The notes under the pieces: generated by a model
Told to the model about the DNA's origin: nothing
The model's input: the letters and a program-made list of their open reading frames with translations, nothing else
Database searches by the model: none
Assembly: GCA_025060395.1 (NCBI GenBank)
Contig: JANXCC010000006.1
Coordinates: forward strand, 7,298-71,297
Direction: 5' to 3'
Source: Candidatus Bipolaricaulota bacterium
GTDB taxonomy: Bacteria > Bipolaricaulota > Bipolaricaulia > RBG-16-55-9 > DRXL01
Length of the DNA: 64,000 nucleotides
In this document: in pieces, positions 37,101 to 45,587 of the stretch
Layout of the letters: each line of letters starts with the position of its first letter
Position numbering within the stretch: the first letter of the stretch is position 1
Made by a program: the position numbers and the translations under genes

Positions 37101-37958
37101 GAAATCGAGCGTCTGGAGTCGGGCCGGATCGAGTTCGAGTTTGTCGAGCTGGACTTAGCAGAGGTCCTGCAGAACGTCGCGCGCTCGCTACAAGTGAACG
37201 CCGAACAGAAGGGCTTAGAATTCGTTACCGAGATCGCTTCAGGGCTGAAAGTGCGTGGAGATCGCGAAAGGCTCGCCCAGGTCTTTCTCAATCTCGTCAG
37301 CAATGCGATTAAGTACACACCCGCAGGCACAGTCGAGCTCACAGCTTATCGTGAGGGCGACACGGTCGTCGTCGCGGTGCGCGACACCGGCATCGGGCTC
37401 TCCGAGAGAGATAAACAGAAGCTCTTCCAGAAATTCTTCAGGTCGGATAACCCCTATGTGCGCAAGATCAGCGGCACAGGATTGGGACTTTCTATTGCCA
37501 AAGCCATTGTCGAACGCCATAACAGCACAATCACCGTGACAAGCGAGTTAGGCCAAGGCAGCACCTTCACCGTGCGCTTGCCTGCGCTCACTCGCTCCCA
37601 ACGCCCCCTCGTGCTCGTCATCGAAGACGAGCTCCCAATCGCTCGCTTGATCGCAACATATATCGAAAAGATGGGCTACCGGGCCATTAGAGCTCATTCA
37701 GCTCGCGAGGGCTTCGAGCAAGCCATTCGGCTCCAGCCCAATCTCATCATCCTCGACGTGCTTATGCCAGATCTAGACGGCTTCGCGCTCATTCAGCACC
37801 TTAAGAAGCATCCCGCTACGGCGCACATCCCCGTCATATTCCTCTCAATTGTCCAGGATAAGCATCAAGGGCTGCGCTTAGGCGCATCAGCGTTCTTGAC
37901 CAAGCCCATCGATGAGCGAAAGTTCTATGAGACAGTGCGTGCCCTGCTCGAACCCTAA
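34164..37958 (+). CDS. hybrid sensor histidine kinase (2 TM, multiple PAS and GAF domains, HisKA, HATPase_c, C-terminal REC)
   Basis: Repeated PAS-like segments (RYRSLFERVP, RYRALVESSPDG, RYRDLFENANDG), GAF-like blocks, H-box FISTVSHELRTPLTSI, G-boxes DTGIGL and GTGLGLSIA, and REC domain VLVIEDE...LIILDVLMPDLDG. Confidence 0.85.
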   Translation: MTRVYQCWRCRRSLIVGSLGIVLTMLYAVLEYLRHHQDASAGLVHGFFSAPWLYIGIFLLIPLFATIGVLWEKTDRERRRFETLLELAQDGIYVCDPDGYIQYANTKFLEIHGVRREDIIGKRLMDLVALPHAEHTRISEMIQQAVLHGELPSPLEVPFRRPDGSPGWLHINLAFIIQEGSRVTELGGISRDITERKRTELLIASHNKILDLIAKGAPLSSVLEMLCCSIEEVAPGVLCSILLLEGDRLRHGAAPSLPEDYKRLVDGLTIGPTSGSCGTAAYLKKPVIVSDTLTDPLWANYRASAQRYGLRACWSTPIVSRQGNVLGTFAMYYREVRSPSAYELDLIEKAAHLAALVLERQHILEAMHRREQILHAVAQAAGRLLSAPSWKACANEILQDLGQATRVSRVYIFENHRDAKGALLTSQRFEWVAPGITPQMDNPELQDFAWEQRGFHRWMELMERGEPVVGLVRDFPPNEQAVFTAQQIKSMVCVPIFVKGQWWGFIGFDECVSERLWSEAEIDTLKTAAHILGLAIEHEWSQELLRASEERYRSLFERVPIGLYRSTPDGCILDANNALVRMFGYPSKEALLAVPAHAFFLDPNERQRWQGEMDAKSVVTDFVTQQKRYDGTSIWVVDNSCAIRDSQGKVLYYEGSLIDITERVRAQEALQTSEARYRALVESSPDGIAIHQDGKGVFVNPAGARILGAHRPEELLGRSVLDFVHPAYHDIMRQRIQRVLEEWQPAPPLEEQFIRLDGTVIDVEVTSVPIIYEGRPAVQVIFRDISERKRMEEELRASEERYRDLFENANDGIYILDKRGRFLAFNRKAEEISGYTLEEVRGQPYTLLVPPGPERHKARRAFLKNMRGEPDKNELTIRRKDGREVIIELSTRPIWQNGQIVGIQGIGRDITERKEVEKLKSEFISTVSHELRTPLTSIKGYVDLVLAGDVGSLTPEQREFLTIVSQNTTRLTELINDLLEIERLESGRIEFEFVELDLAEVLQNVARSLQVNAEQKGLEFVTEIASGLKVRGDRERLAQVFLNLVSNAIKYTPAGTVELTAYREGDTVVVAVRDTGIGLSERDKQKLFQKFFRSDNPYVRKISGTGLGLSIAKAIVERHNSTITVTSELGQGSTFTVRLPALTRSQRPLVLVIEDELPIARLIATYIEKMGYRAIRAHSAREGFEQAIRLQPNLIILDVLMPDLDGFALIQHLKKHPATAHIPVIFLSIVQDKHQGLRLGASAFLTKPIDERKFYETVRALLEP

Positions 37959-37966
37959 GGCCAGGC

Positions 37967-37995
37967 AGTCTTAGTCGTCAACGACGACTAAGACT
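37967..37995 (+). terminator. perfect 13-bp-stem hairpin 8 nt after the kinase stop (terminator-like, no clear U-tract)
   Basis: AGTCTTAGTCGTC-aac-GACGACTAAGACT, read directly from the sequence. Confidence 0.35.
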
Positions 37996-38033
37996 ACGCT
38001 CAGCTTTTGCAGAGGCTCTTACAACAGAGATTC

Positions 38034-38063
38034 TTGAGCAAATCGTGAGAGAGATCGTAAAAT
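38034..38063 (+). promoter_or_regulatory. putative promoter (TTGAGC-N18-TAAAAT), with the -10 box 6 nt before ATG 38070
   Basis: TTGAGC at 38034-38039 and TAAAAT at 38058-38063. No Shine-Dalgarno before the start (leaderless pattern). Confidence 0.45.
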
Positions 38064-38069
38064 GTCTGT

Positions 38070-38429
38070 ATGAAACGCATCTTGCTGGCTGAGGACGACC
38101 TGCAGATTGCGCGACTGGTGAAATTCAAGCTCGAACGTGAAGGCTTCGCGGTAGAATGCGTTGAGGATGGCGAAACCGCCCTTCAGCGCGTGCGTCAAGA
38201 GCCTTTCGACTTGGTGCTGCTTGATGTGATGATACCAGGTCGAGACGGCTTTACCGTACTCTCTGAGCTGCGCGCTGATCCAAAGTATTGCGATTTGCCC
38301 ATCGTGATGCTGACGGCACGAGCGACGGAGCGCGATCTTCGGGCGGGCGCCAGTGCGACAGACTATATCGTAAAACCCTTCGACCCAGCATACTTAGTAG
38401 AGCCCGTGCGCGCGATCTTGGGAGAATGA
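38070..38429 (+). CDS. single-domain (CheY-like) response regulator
   Basis: ILLAEDD...DLVLLDVMIPGRDG...KPF. 119 aa with no output domain. Confidence 0.85.
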   Translation: MKRILLAEDDLQIARLVKFKLEREGFAVECVEDGETALQRVRQEPFDLVLLDVMIPGRDGFTVLSELRADPKYCDLPIVMLTARATERDLRAGASATDYIVKPFDPAYLVEPVRAILGE

Positions 38430-39289
38430 AGCCCTCGTTTATGGCGACCTGGAGTGTCTTGGGCTTTGCGCTCATAGTCATCTCTTTTGCGTCGATTTGG
38501 ATCCGCTGGGCTGATGCCCCACCTATTTCGATAGCTGCCTACCGTCTTGGCCTGGCAGCGCTCCTCTTAACCCCTCTAGCTCTGAGCGCACGGCGCTCTC
38601 AGCTTCAAGCCCTCACGTGGAGCGACGTGCGCTATGCACTGTTGGGCGGGGTTTGCCTAGCTCTGCATTTTATCTTTTGGATTAGCTCGCTAGAGTTCAC
38701 TTCGGTCGCAAGCTCCGTCGTTTTAGTCACGACCAACCCGATCTTTGTCGCCCTGGGGTCGCATTTTTTACTGAAAGAGTCCGTCACGTTGAGAGTAGCT
38801 GTAGGGATCGCAATCTCGCTTGTGGGCGGGATGCTCGTCGGATACGGGGATTTTCTGGCAGGGCCAAATGTGCTGTTAGGGGATGGGCTGGCGCTCTTGG
38901 GAGCTGTCATGGCTTCAGCGTATCTATTGGTCGGGCGGCGCCTACGAGCGCACACAGACTTGTTAACGTATATCTTTCTTGTGTATAGCGCCGCGGCGAT
39001 CGTACTCCTTGTGACGGCGTTGGTGTTGCGGCAGCCCTTGTGGGGATTTCCTCAAGAGACGTATCTATGGCTTATGCTCTTAGCTATCGGTCCTCAACTC
39101 ATTGGGCACACAAGCTTCAATTGGGCATTAAAGCATCTGCCCGCCAGTACGGTCGCTGTGATTATCTTAGGGGAGCCGGTGGGCTCGACTGTGCTCGCCT
39201 ACTTTCTGCTGGGTGAGCCCATCACGCTTCTGAAGGCCATCGGCGGCGCTCTCATATTGCTAGGGATCTATCTCAGCAGTCGACGCTAG
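38426..39289 (+). CDS. DMT-superfamily (EamA) transporter
   Basis: About ten TM helices in two EamA-like halves. Start chosen at MKPSFMATW (ATGA overlap with the regulator stop). Confidence 0.8.
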   Translation: MKPSFMATWSVLGFALIVISFASIWIRWADAPPISIAAYRLGLAALLLTPLALSARRSQLQALTWSDVRYALLGGVCLALHFIFWISSLEFTSVASSVVLVTTNPIFVALGSHFLLKESVTLRVAVGIAISLVGGMLVGYGDFLAGPNVLLGDGLALLGAVMASAYLLVGRRLRAHTDLLTYIFLVYSAAAIVLLVTALVLRQPLWGFPQETYLWLMLLAIGPQLIGHTSFNWALKHLPASTVAVIILGEPVGSTVLAYFLLGEPITLLKAIGGALILLGIYLSSRR

Positions 39290-40137
39290 CGACTACGCAA
39301 AAACTTCAGGATCTCCTGAGTGGCCAGGTCCGTGGGCGCCCCTAGCGCGGCGATGACTGTGATGTGATCTCGATTGGGAATCTCTACTACAGTAGCATCG
39401 TTGCCATACTGCTTGAGCAAAGCGAGTAGCTGTCGCGCCTGAGCATCGAAGCCGGGGAAGTCAAACTGCGCGTACATAATGAGAAACGGAGGCTTGTTCG
39501 GGCCCACGTGAGTGATGGGAGAAGCATCGCGTCGCACTTGAGGATCGGTGCCAAAGACAATCCGATAGATATTGGCAGGGGCAGGGGGATCGATAGTCAC
39601 GTCGTAGATACCGCTGATGGGAATCGCGCCTGTGACCGCTGCTAGCGTCAAGCCATGCGCCCGCAGATATTTTTCGTCGAGCGCCAAGAGCGCGATCAGA
39701 TGCCCGCCCGCCGAATGCCCCATCACGAAGATCTTCTCAGGATTGCCCCCGTACTGGGCGATATTCTTATGGACCCAGCTAAACGCACGTGCGACGTCTT
39801 CGATGTGGGCAGGGTGCTGGACGCGTGGGCTCAACCGATAATTCACGATAGCAGTCACAAAGCCCTGTTGGGCAAAGGCACGCCCGATGAACGAATAGAG
39901 ACTCTTATCCCCCGAGGTCCATCCACCCCCGTGCACGAAGACCAACGCAGGGGAGTCCTTCAAACCCTCAGGCACAAAGAGATCAAGCCGATGCTTGGTC
40001 GGATGGGCATCGGGGCCGTTATAGTACGCTATATCCGTGTAGACCTGAAACGCATAGGGCGGCGACGGCTGAGAGAACCCGATGCTGACGGCCATAAGCG
40101 CGCTCACTATGAACGCTAAGAGCACTGTGCGCATCAT
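39286..40137 (-). CDS. secreted alpha/beta hydrolase (esterase/lipase-like)
   Basis: Signal-peptide-like N-terminus, oxyanion VFVHGGGW, nucleophile elbow GHSAGGH. AAGGAGGAG Shine-Dalgarno. Confidence 0.8.
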   Translation of the reverse strand: MMRTVLLAFIVSALMAVSIGFSQPSPPYAFQVYTDIAYYNGPDAHPTKHRLDLFVPEGLKDSPALVFVHGGGWTSGDKSLYSFIGRAFAQQGFVTAIVNYRLSPRVQHPAHIEDVARAFSWVHKNIAQYGGNPEKIFVMGHSAGGHLIALLALDEKYLRAHGLTLAAVTGAIPISGIYDVTIDPPAPANIYRIVFGTDPQVRRDASPITHVGPNKPPFLIMYAQFDFPGFDAQARQLLALLKQYGNDATVVEIPNRDHITVIAALGAPTDLATQEILKFLRSR

Positions 40138-40151
40138 CGCTCCTCCTTTGA

Positions 40152-41930
40152 TTAAGTCTTGATAGTTTCTGCCCCAGCAAACTGGAGCGTGTAGAGCGCG
40201 TGGTAGAGCCCTTTGCGCGCTAGGAGTTCTTCGTGCGTGCCTTGCTCTACGACGACGCCCTTGTGCAAGACTATTATCTTATCAGACTCGCGGATCGTCG
40301 AGAGCCGGTGCGCAATCGTTATCGAAGTACGTCCGCGCAAGATCTTCTTCAGCGACTCTTGAATCAGGCTCTCGGTTTGAGAGTCGATATTCGCTGTCGC
40401 TTCGTCTAAAATCAGTATCTTGGGATCGAAGGCCACAGCCCGAGCGAACGCCAACAATTGGCGCTGTCCTACCGAGAGCGTCGCGCCGCGTTCTTTCACT
40501 TCTGCGTAATAGCTCTTGGGCAGCTGCTCGATGAACGAGTTGGCTTGCACGAACCGTGCGGCTTCGATAGCGCGTTCTGGAGAGATCTGTTCGTTCTGGA
40601 GCGTGATGTTCCCCAGCACGTCCCCGGAGAACAGAAAGACGTCTTGCAAGACGATGGCCATCTGCGAACGTAAGAATTTTACGTCTAATTCGCGAATGTC
40701 GACACCGTCTAGGAGTATCTGGCCCTTCTGAATATCGTAGAGTCGCGTCAGAAGACTGATGATCGTCGTCTTGCCCGATCCTGTGGGGCCGACAATCGCA
40801 ACGCGTTCACCGGGCTTCACGGTGAACGAGACCCCGCGCAAGACCCAGTCTTCGCCTTCATAGGCGAACCAAACGTCACGAAATTCTATGGCTCCTTCGA
40901 CCTTGGGAAGCACCTTGCCCTTCCCTGGATCCTCAGGGCTCTCATCCAACAGCAGAAAGATGCGCTCTGCTGAGGCCATCGCGCTCTGCAAGATATTATA
41001 TTTTTCAGCGAGATCCCTGATCGGGGCGAAGAGCATCTCAACGTAATTTAAGAACGCGACCAAGCTCCCCAAGGTGAAGCTCCCCTGCACCACGCCCCCG
41101 CCGCCATACCAAATAATCAACGCTACAGCAACGGCGCTCATCATGTGAATGATCGGCTGATAGATCGCGAAGACCATGAGTTGCCGCATGTTCGCGTCGA
41201 ACTCTTCTTTATTGATCGACTGAAATGTCTGGTAGCTGCGCGCTTCTTGGGCGAAGAGCTGAATAATTCTCATCCCAGAGATGCTCTCCTGCATATACGC
41301 GTTGAGCTTGGCGAGCTTCCTTCGGAAGTCGCGATAAGCGTCTCTGGCGCGCTTGCGGAACTCCCACGTCGCATATGCAATCACCGGAGCAAGCACTAAG
41401 ATGAGTAAGCCCAAGCGCCAGTTGAGCTGGAGCATAATCACAAAAATTCCCAGCACCAAGAAGACGTCCTTGAAGAGATAGACGAGCACCGACGCGTACA
41501 TTTCGTTGATAGCCGCGACATCGTTGGTCGCACGAGTCACAAGCCGCCCCACAGGGTTTTTATCGAAGAACTTCGTGGGCAGCTTCATTAAGTGATCAAA
41601 GATCTGCGTGCGCATATCTTGCATGATCTTCTGCCCACTAAGCTGCAAGAGATAGACTTGGGCGAAGCTCGCAAACAATCTCACTACGAGAATCCCCACA
41701 AAGAGCGCGGTCAACCCATACAGCCCACTGAGCTGCCCAGGACGAATGTATTGATCAATCGCGATCTTGGTGATATAGGGCAAAGCGAGCTCACACGCCG
41801 TAATGATCCCAATCAGCCCCAAACAGATCGCAAAGAGCTTCTTATACGGCTTGACGTATGTCAGCAGACGGCGCATGAGCGTTGAGTCGTAGGCTGCGCC
41901 AAGCTTTTCTTCTTCCCAGTGATAGGTCAT
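40152..41930 (-). CDS. ABC exporter permease/ATPase, consensus-site half of a heterodimer
   Basis: 6-TM domain plus NBD. Walker A GPTGSGKTT, Walker B ILILDEATANID (catalytic Glu present), atypical signature LSVGQRQ. Confidence 0.9.
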   Translation of the reverse strand: MTYHWEEEKLGAAYDSTLMRRLLTYVKPYKKLFAICLGLIGIITACELALPYITKIAIDQYIRPGQLSGLYGLTALFVGILVVRLFASFAQVYLLQLSGQKIMQDMRTQIFDHLMKLPTKFFDKNPVGRLVTRATNDVAAINEMYASVLVYLFKDVFLVLGIFVIMLQLNWRLGLLILVLAPVIAYATWEFRKRARDAYRDFRRKLAKLNAYMQESISGMRIIQLFAQEARSYQTFQSINKEEFDANMRQLMVFAIYQPIIHMMSAVAVALIIWYGGGGVVQGSFTLGSLVAFLNYVEMLFAPIRDLAEKYNILQSAMASAERIFLLLDESPEDPGKGKVLPKVEGAIEFRDVWFAYEGEDWVLRGVSFTVKPGERVAIVGPTGSGKTTIISLLTRLYDIQKGQILLDGVDIRELDVKFLRSQMAIVLQDVFLFSGDVLGNITLQNEQISPERAIEAARFVQANSFIEQLPKSYYAEVKERGATLSVGQRQLLAFARAVAFDPKILILDEATANIDSQTESLIQESLKKILRGRTSITIAHRLSTIRESDKIIVLHKGVVVEQGTHEELLARKGLYHALYTLQFAGAETIKT

Positions 41931-43666
41931 AGTCGAACGGCCTCCTCGGCTTGCTGCAACTCGTAGAGGCGCGCGTAGATGCCGTCAAGAGCCAAGAGTT
42001 CCTCGTGTCGCCCGCGCTCCACGATCTGACCTTGATCAAAGACCAAAATCAGATCAGAATCTTTCACGGCCGAGATGCGATGCGCGATCACGATTGCTGT
42101 CTTGGCACGCATAAAATCCCTAAGATTACTCAGAATCTCTTCTTCTTTTTCGGCGTCTACGGCCGAGAGCGCGTCATCTAAGATTAAAATCTTTGGGTTC
42201 ATTAAGAGCGCTCGCGCGAGGGCAACTCGTTGCTTCTGTCCCCCCGATAAGCTGACACCGCGCTCGCCGACGATCGTGTCCAAGCCGTTGGGAAATTCTA
42301 AGATCTCTTCGTAGATGCCGGCGAGCTTCGCTGCCTCGATGATCTCGTGCTCGGAAGCCGTGGGCTTGCCAAACGCGATGTTCTCTCGAATGGTCGTGGA
42401 GAAGAGAAACGGATCTTGCGGGACTATCGCGATCTTGCGGCGCAGCTCGCTCAGGCGGATCGTGCGTACGTCCACGCCTCCGATAAAGAGCGTCTGTGCT
42501 GGAGGATCGAAGACGCGCAATAATAAATGCACAAGCGTGCTCTTGCCAGAACCTGTCAGCCCTACGATCCCCAGCTTCTGGCCCTCTGCTATAGAGAATG
42601 AGACCTCGCGCAGGACCGGCTGCCCGTTAGCGCTCGGCTCCGCGACGGGATAGCGGAACGTCAAGCGCCGACATTCGATGGAAGCGTGCGCGGGGAAGGG
42701 CTGTGCCTCGGGCGCATCAGTGATCTCCGGCTCGGTCTTGAGAATCTTTTCGATGCGCTCCATCGAAGCCGCACCGCGCTGCATTAAGTTTATGACAAAC
42801 CCGAGGGCCATCATGGGCCAAGTGAGCATCCCTAAGTATGACGTGAACGCGACAAAGTCGCCCAAGCTCATCGCCCCGGAGATCACTTTTTGTCCACCCA
42901 CTAGTAAGACAATCGCGCTGGAGAGCCCAGCTAACAGCGCGATCATCGGCTCAAAAAACCCCTGCACTCGCACCAAGCTCAAATTCTTTTGGATGAAAAG
43001 TTCGTTAGTGCTCCTGAAGTCTTTCGAGAACCCAGCTTCTTGGGCGAAGCTCTTGATGACGCGCACCCCCGAGATCGCCTCGCGCACTTTCTCGGTTAAG
43101 ACCGAGAAGGCTTCTTGAACGGCCATGAAACGCTTATGGATCATGCGCCCCACGACGACGACGAAGACCGTCACCAACGGCAAGGGCGTGAACGCATAGA
43201 GCACCAATTGCCAGTTGATCGAGAGCATTGCGGCGAGGGAGAACGAGACCATGATGATCGCATCGGCTAAGGCCAAGACGCCCATGCCGCAGGCAAACTG
43301 CACGGCCTCGACGTCGTTGGTCGCGTGGGCCATCAAGTCCCCGGTCTTCGTATTAGCAAAGAAATTTGCCGAAAGTTTTACTAAGTGTGCGTAGAGCCGG
43401 TCGCGTAGATCGCGCCGGATCATGCGCGATGCTCCGAAGATAAAATATCTCCAGAAGAAGCGAAAGATCGCGACGATCACGGTGATGCCCAGGATGTACC
43501 CAGCATAGAGAGCCAGCTGGGCCGTGCCCGTCTGGGCAAGCTGATCAATGGCCGCACGAATGATTAACGGCACAATGAGCTGGGCACCGTCAACGATAAA
43601 GAGCGCTACAAGCCCTAAAAAGATGCGCAGCCTGTAGCGCCATAGATACTGAAAGATCCCACGCAT
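41927..43666 (-). CDS. ABC exporter permease/ATPase, degenerate-site half of a heterodimer
   Basis: Walker A GLTGSGKST, signature LSGGQKQ, Walker B ILILDDALSAVD (Asp in place of the catalytic Glu). 4-nt overlap with its partner. Confidence 0.9.
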   Translation of the reverse strand: MRGIFQYLWRYRLRIFLGLVALFIVDGAQLIVPLIIRAAIDQLAQTGTAQLALYAGYILGITVIVAIFRFFWRYFIFGASRMIRRDLRDRLYAHLVKLSANFFANTKTGDLMAHATNDVEAVQFACGMGVLALADAIIMVSFSLAAMLSINWQLVLYAFTPLPLVTVFVVVVGRMIHKRFMAVQEAFSVLTEKVREAISGVRVIKSFAQEAGFSKDFRSTNELFIQKNLSLVRVQGFFEPMIALLAGLSSAIVLLVGGQKVISGAMSLGDFVAFTSYLGMLTWPMMALGFVINLMQRGAASMERIEKILKTEPEITDAPEAQPFPAHASIECRRLTFRYPVAEPSANGQPVLREVSFSIAEGQKLGIVGLTGSGKSTLVHLLLRVFDPPAQTLFIGGVDVRTIRLSELRRKIAIVPQDPFLFSTTIRENIAFGKPTASEHEIIEAAKLAGIYEEILEFPNGLDTIVGERGVSLSGGQKQRVALARALLMNPKILILDDALSAVDAEKEEEILSNLRDFMRAKTAIVIAHRISAVKDSDLILVFDQGQIVERGRHEELLALDGIYARLYELQQAEEAVRL

Positions 43667-43678
43667 GATTGTGTGACT

Positions 43679-44983
43679 CTACACCGACTCCAAGAAGAGC
43701 AGCTTCGGATCCTCCAGATATCCGATAATCTTCTTGCAAAAGCGCGCGCCTACGTCCCCGTCTATGAGACGATGGTCGAACGAGAGCGAAATATACATAA
43801 TATCTCGAATCACGATCTGATTCTCTCGGACGACTGGGCGCTTCTTGATCTCGTGGATGCCCAGAATCGCAACTTCGGGATAGTTGATGATCGGGGTAGC
43901 AAAGAGCCCACCCAGAGCGCCCAAGCTCGTGATCGTAAACGTGCCGCCTTGGATATCTTGGAGGGCGATCTTGCCCTCACGGGCAGCTTTCGCCAAGCGC
44001 TCAATCTCTGCAGCAATCTCCAATATGCTCTTTCTGTCGGCGTCTTTGATGACCGGGACGATCAAGCCCTCTTCCGTCGCTGTAGCGATCCCGATATTAT
44101 AGTATTTCTTGATGACGATCTCGCCGGTTGCTTCGTCTATAGAAGCGTTCAGTATGGGCATCTCTTTGAGCGCCGCGACGCTCGCCTTCACAATGAACGG
44201 CAGATATGTGAGCTTGACGCCCTTCTGCTCTGCTAGTGGTTTTATCTGTTCACGAAGCTGAATCAGTTCGGTCATGTCGACTTCGTCGACGTAGGTGAAG
44301 TGCGCCGCCGTAGACTTGGACTGGCGCATGTGCTCAGCAATTCTCTTGCGGATGCCCCGCAAGGGGATGCGCTCCTCACGCCGATCTGAGACGACGGGGC
44401 TTGGCGTAAACGCTGGAGCCGTCGGTTGCGGTGGTGGGGCGGGAGTAGGAGCCGGAGGCGGCGGTGGTGGCGCCATGCGAGCCGCCGCAAACCGACGCAC
44501 ATCTTCGTCAGTAATCCGGCCACCAGGGCCAGTCCCTCGAATTTGAGCTATGTCCACACCCAACTCGCGGGCGAGTTTTCGCGTCGCCGGAGTCGCTAGC
44601 ACGCGCTGGGCTGAAGTGGCTTCCGCAGGCGGTGCCGTGACTGTCGCTGCTGAGGCGCTTGCGACAGCAATAGGTTCTGGTTCAGGCTTGGGCGGCGGGG
44701 ATGGAGTAACAGCCGCCTCGCGCTTAGGCTCAGGCTTAGCTTCGCCGATCTCTTCTATAGTCACCAAGACCGAGCCGACCTTGACGACCTCGCCCTCTTG
44801 GGCATGAAGTTTTAGAATCTTGCCGGCGCGCGGCGCGGGAATTTCTACTGTTGCCTTGTCGGTCATCACTTCGACCATCGGCTGATCTTCGCGGACAAAG
44901 TCTCCTTCTTTGACGAGCCATTTAACGATCTCGCCTTCATGAATCCCTTCCCCAATGTCGGGCAATCGAAACTCAAAGGGCAT
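43679..44983 (-). CDS. dihydrolipoamide acyltransferase (E2) of a 2-oxoacid dehydrogenase complex
   Basis: Lipoyl domain (EVMTDKATVEIPA), Pro/Ala linkers, PSBD (ATPATRKLARELGVD) and catalytic domain (SFDHRLIDG). Confidence 0.92.
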   Translation of the reverse strand: MPFEFRLPDIGEGIHEGEIVKWLVKEGDFVREDQPMVEVMTDKATVEIPAPRAGKILKLHAQEGEVVKVGSVLVTIEEIGEAKPEPKREAAVTPSPPPKPEPEPIAVASASAATVTAPPAEATSAQRVLATPATRKLARELGVDIAQIRGTGPGGRITDEDVRRFAAARMAPPPPPPAPTPAPPPQPTAPAFTPSPVVSDRREERIPLRGIRKRIAEHMRQSKSTAAHFTYVDEVDMTELIQLREQIKPLAEQKGVKLTYLPFIVKASVAALKEMPILNASIDEATGEIVIKKYYNIGIATATEEGLIVPVIKDADRKSILEIAAEIERLAKAAREGKIALQDIQGGTFTITSLGALGGLFATPIINYPEVAILGIHEIKKRPVVRENQIVIRDIMYISLSFDHRLIDGDVGARFCKKIIGYLEDPKLLFLESV

Positions 44984-45102
44984 CGCAACACTCCTTAAAT
45001 CACAGAGATTATTGCTTATAGATTGTAAAGGGTCGGCGTGCTTTCTGCCAGCCCTAAAAGCCTACTGAGCCACTACAGAGCTTCGCCAAAGCACAGAAAC
45101 AT

Positions 45103-45579
45103 TTAGAACCAGACGCCTACCGTCACCGCTGGCTGCAGCCAATACCACTCCCCAAGCGTGATGTTGACTTGGATATAGATTGGGAGCGCAAAGAGCGTCA
45201 CATTCTGACCAGCCAAGAGCTTCAGATAGACCTGCGTCCAGACACCACTATCTCTGCCGGCAGTATCTTCCCAGTGCGCCCACCCGCCCCCGGCACCTAA
45301 GTACGAATTCTCTAGGTGCAACAGCAGTGCCCCATCAAGATAGAGCACCCAATCGTCGGCACGAAGATCACGCAAGAGCGTGCCCTCCAGGAGAACGCTC
45401 ATCTTTTCGACGCTAAGCTGCCCCCGCGCTGCTACCCCGACAAACGAAAAACTGACGGGAGCCAGTCCCCAAGAGACCCCCGTGCCCACGCGCACTTCTG
45501 CTCCGTGCGCGGGAGCCCAAAAGAAGAGCAAAAGAGCTGGGACGCACCCGATCACGCCCCAGCTCGCTCGTCCTCGCAT
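45103..45579 (-). CDS. small secreted protein, possibly an 8-stranded OMP-like beta-barrel
   Basis: Signal peptide (ALLLFFWAPAHGAE), about eight alternating amphipathic strands, C-terminal aromatic ...VTVGVWF. Lies 8 nt downstream of the giant beta-helix gene. No family recognised. Confidence 0.4.
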   Translation of the reverse strand: MRGRASWGVIGCVPALLLFFWAPAHGAEVRVGTGVSWGLAPVSFSFVGVAARGQLSVEKMSVLLEGTLLRDLRADDWVLYLDGALLLHLENSYLGAGGGWAHWEDTAGRDSGVWTQVYLKLLAGQNVTLFALPIYIQVNITLGEWYWLQPAVTVGVWF

Positions 45580-45587
45580 ATGATAGT

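Noticed and set aside
44400-44480. G-rich run (ggtggtggggcgggagtaggagccggaggcggcggtggtgg) as a possible G-quadruplex or repeat element.
   Set aside because: It is simply the complement of the Pro/Ala-rich inter-domain linker of the E2 gene (APPPPPPAPTPAPPPQP). The G-tracts are short and irregular, and there is no independent signal.
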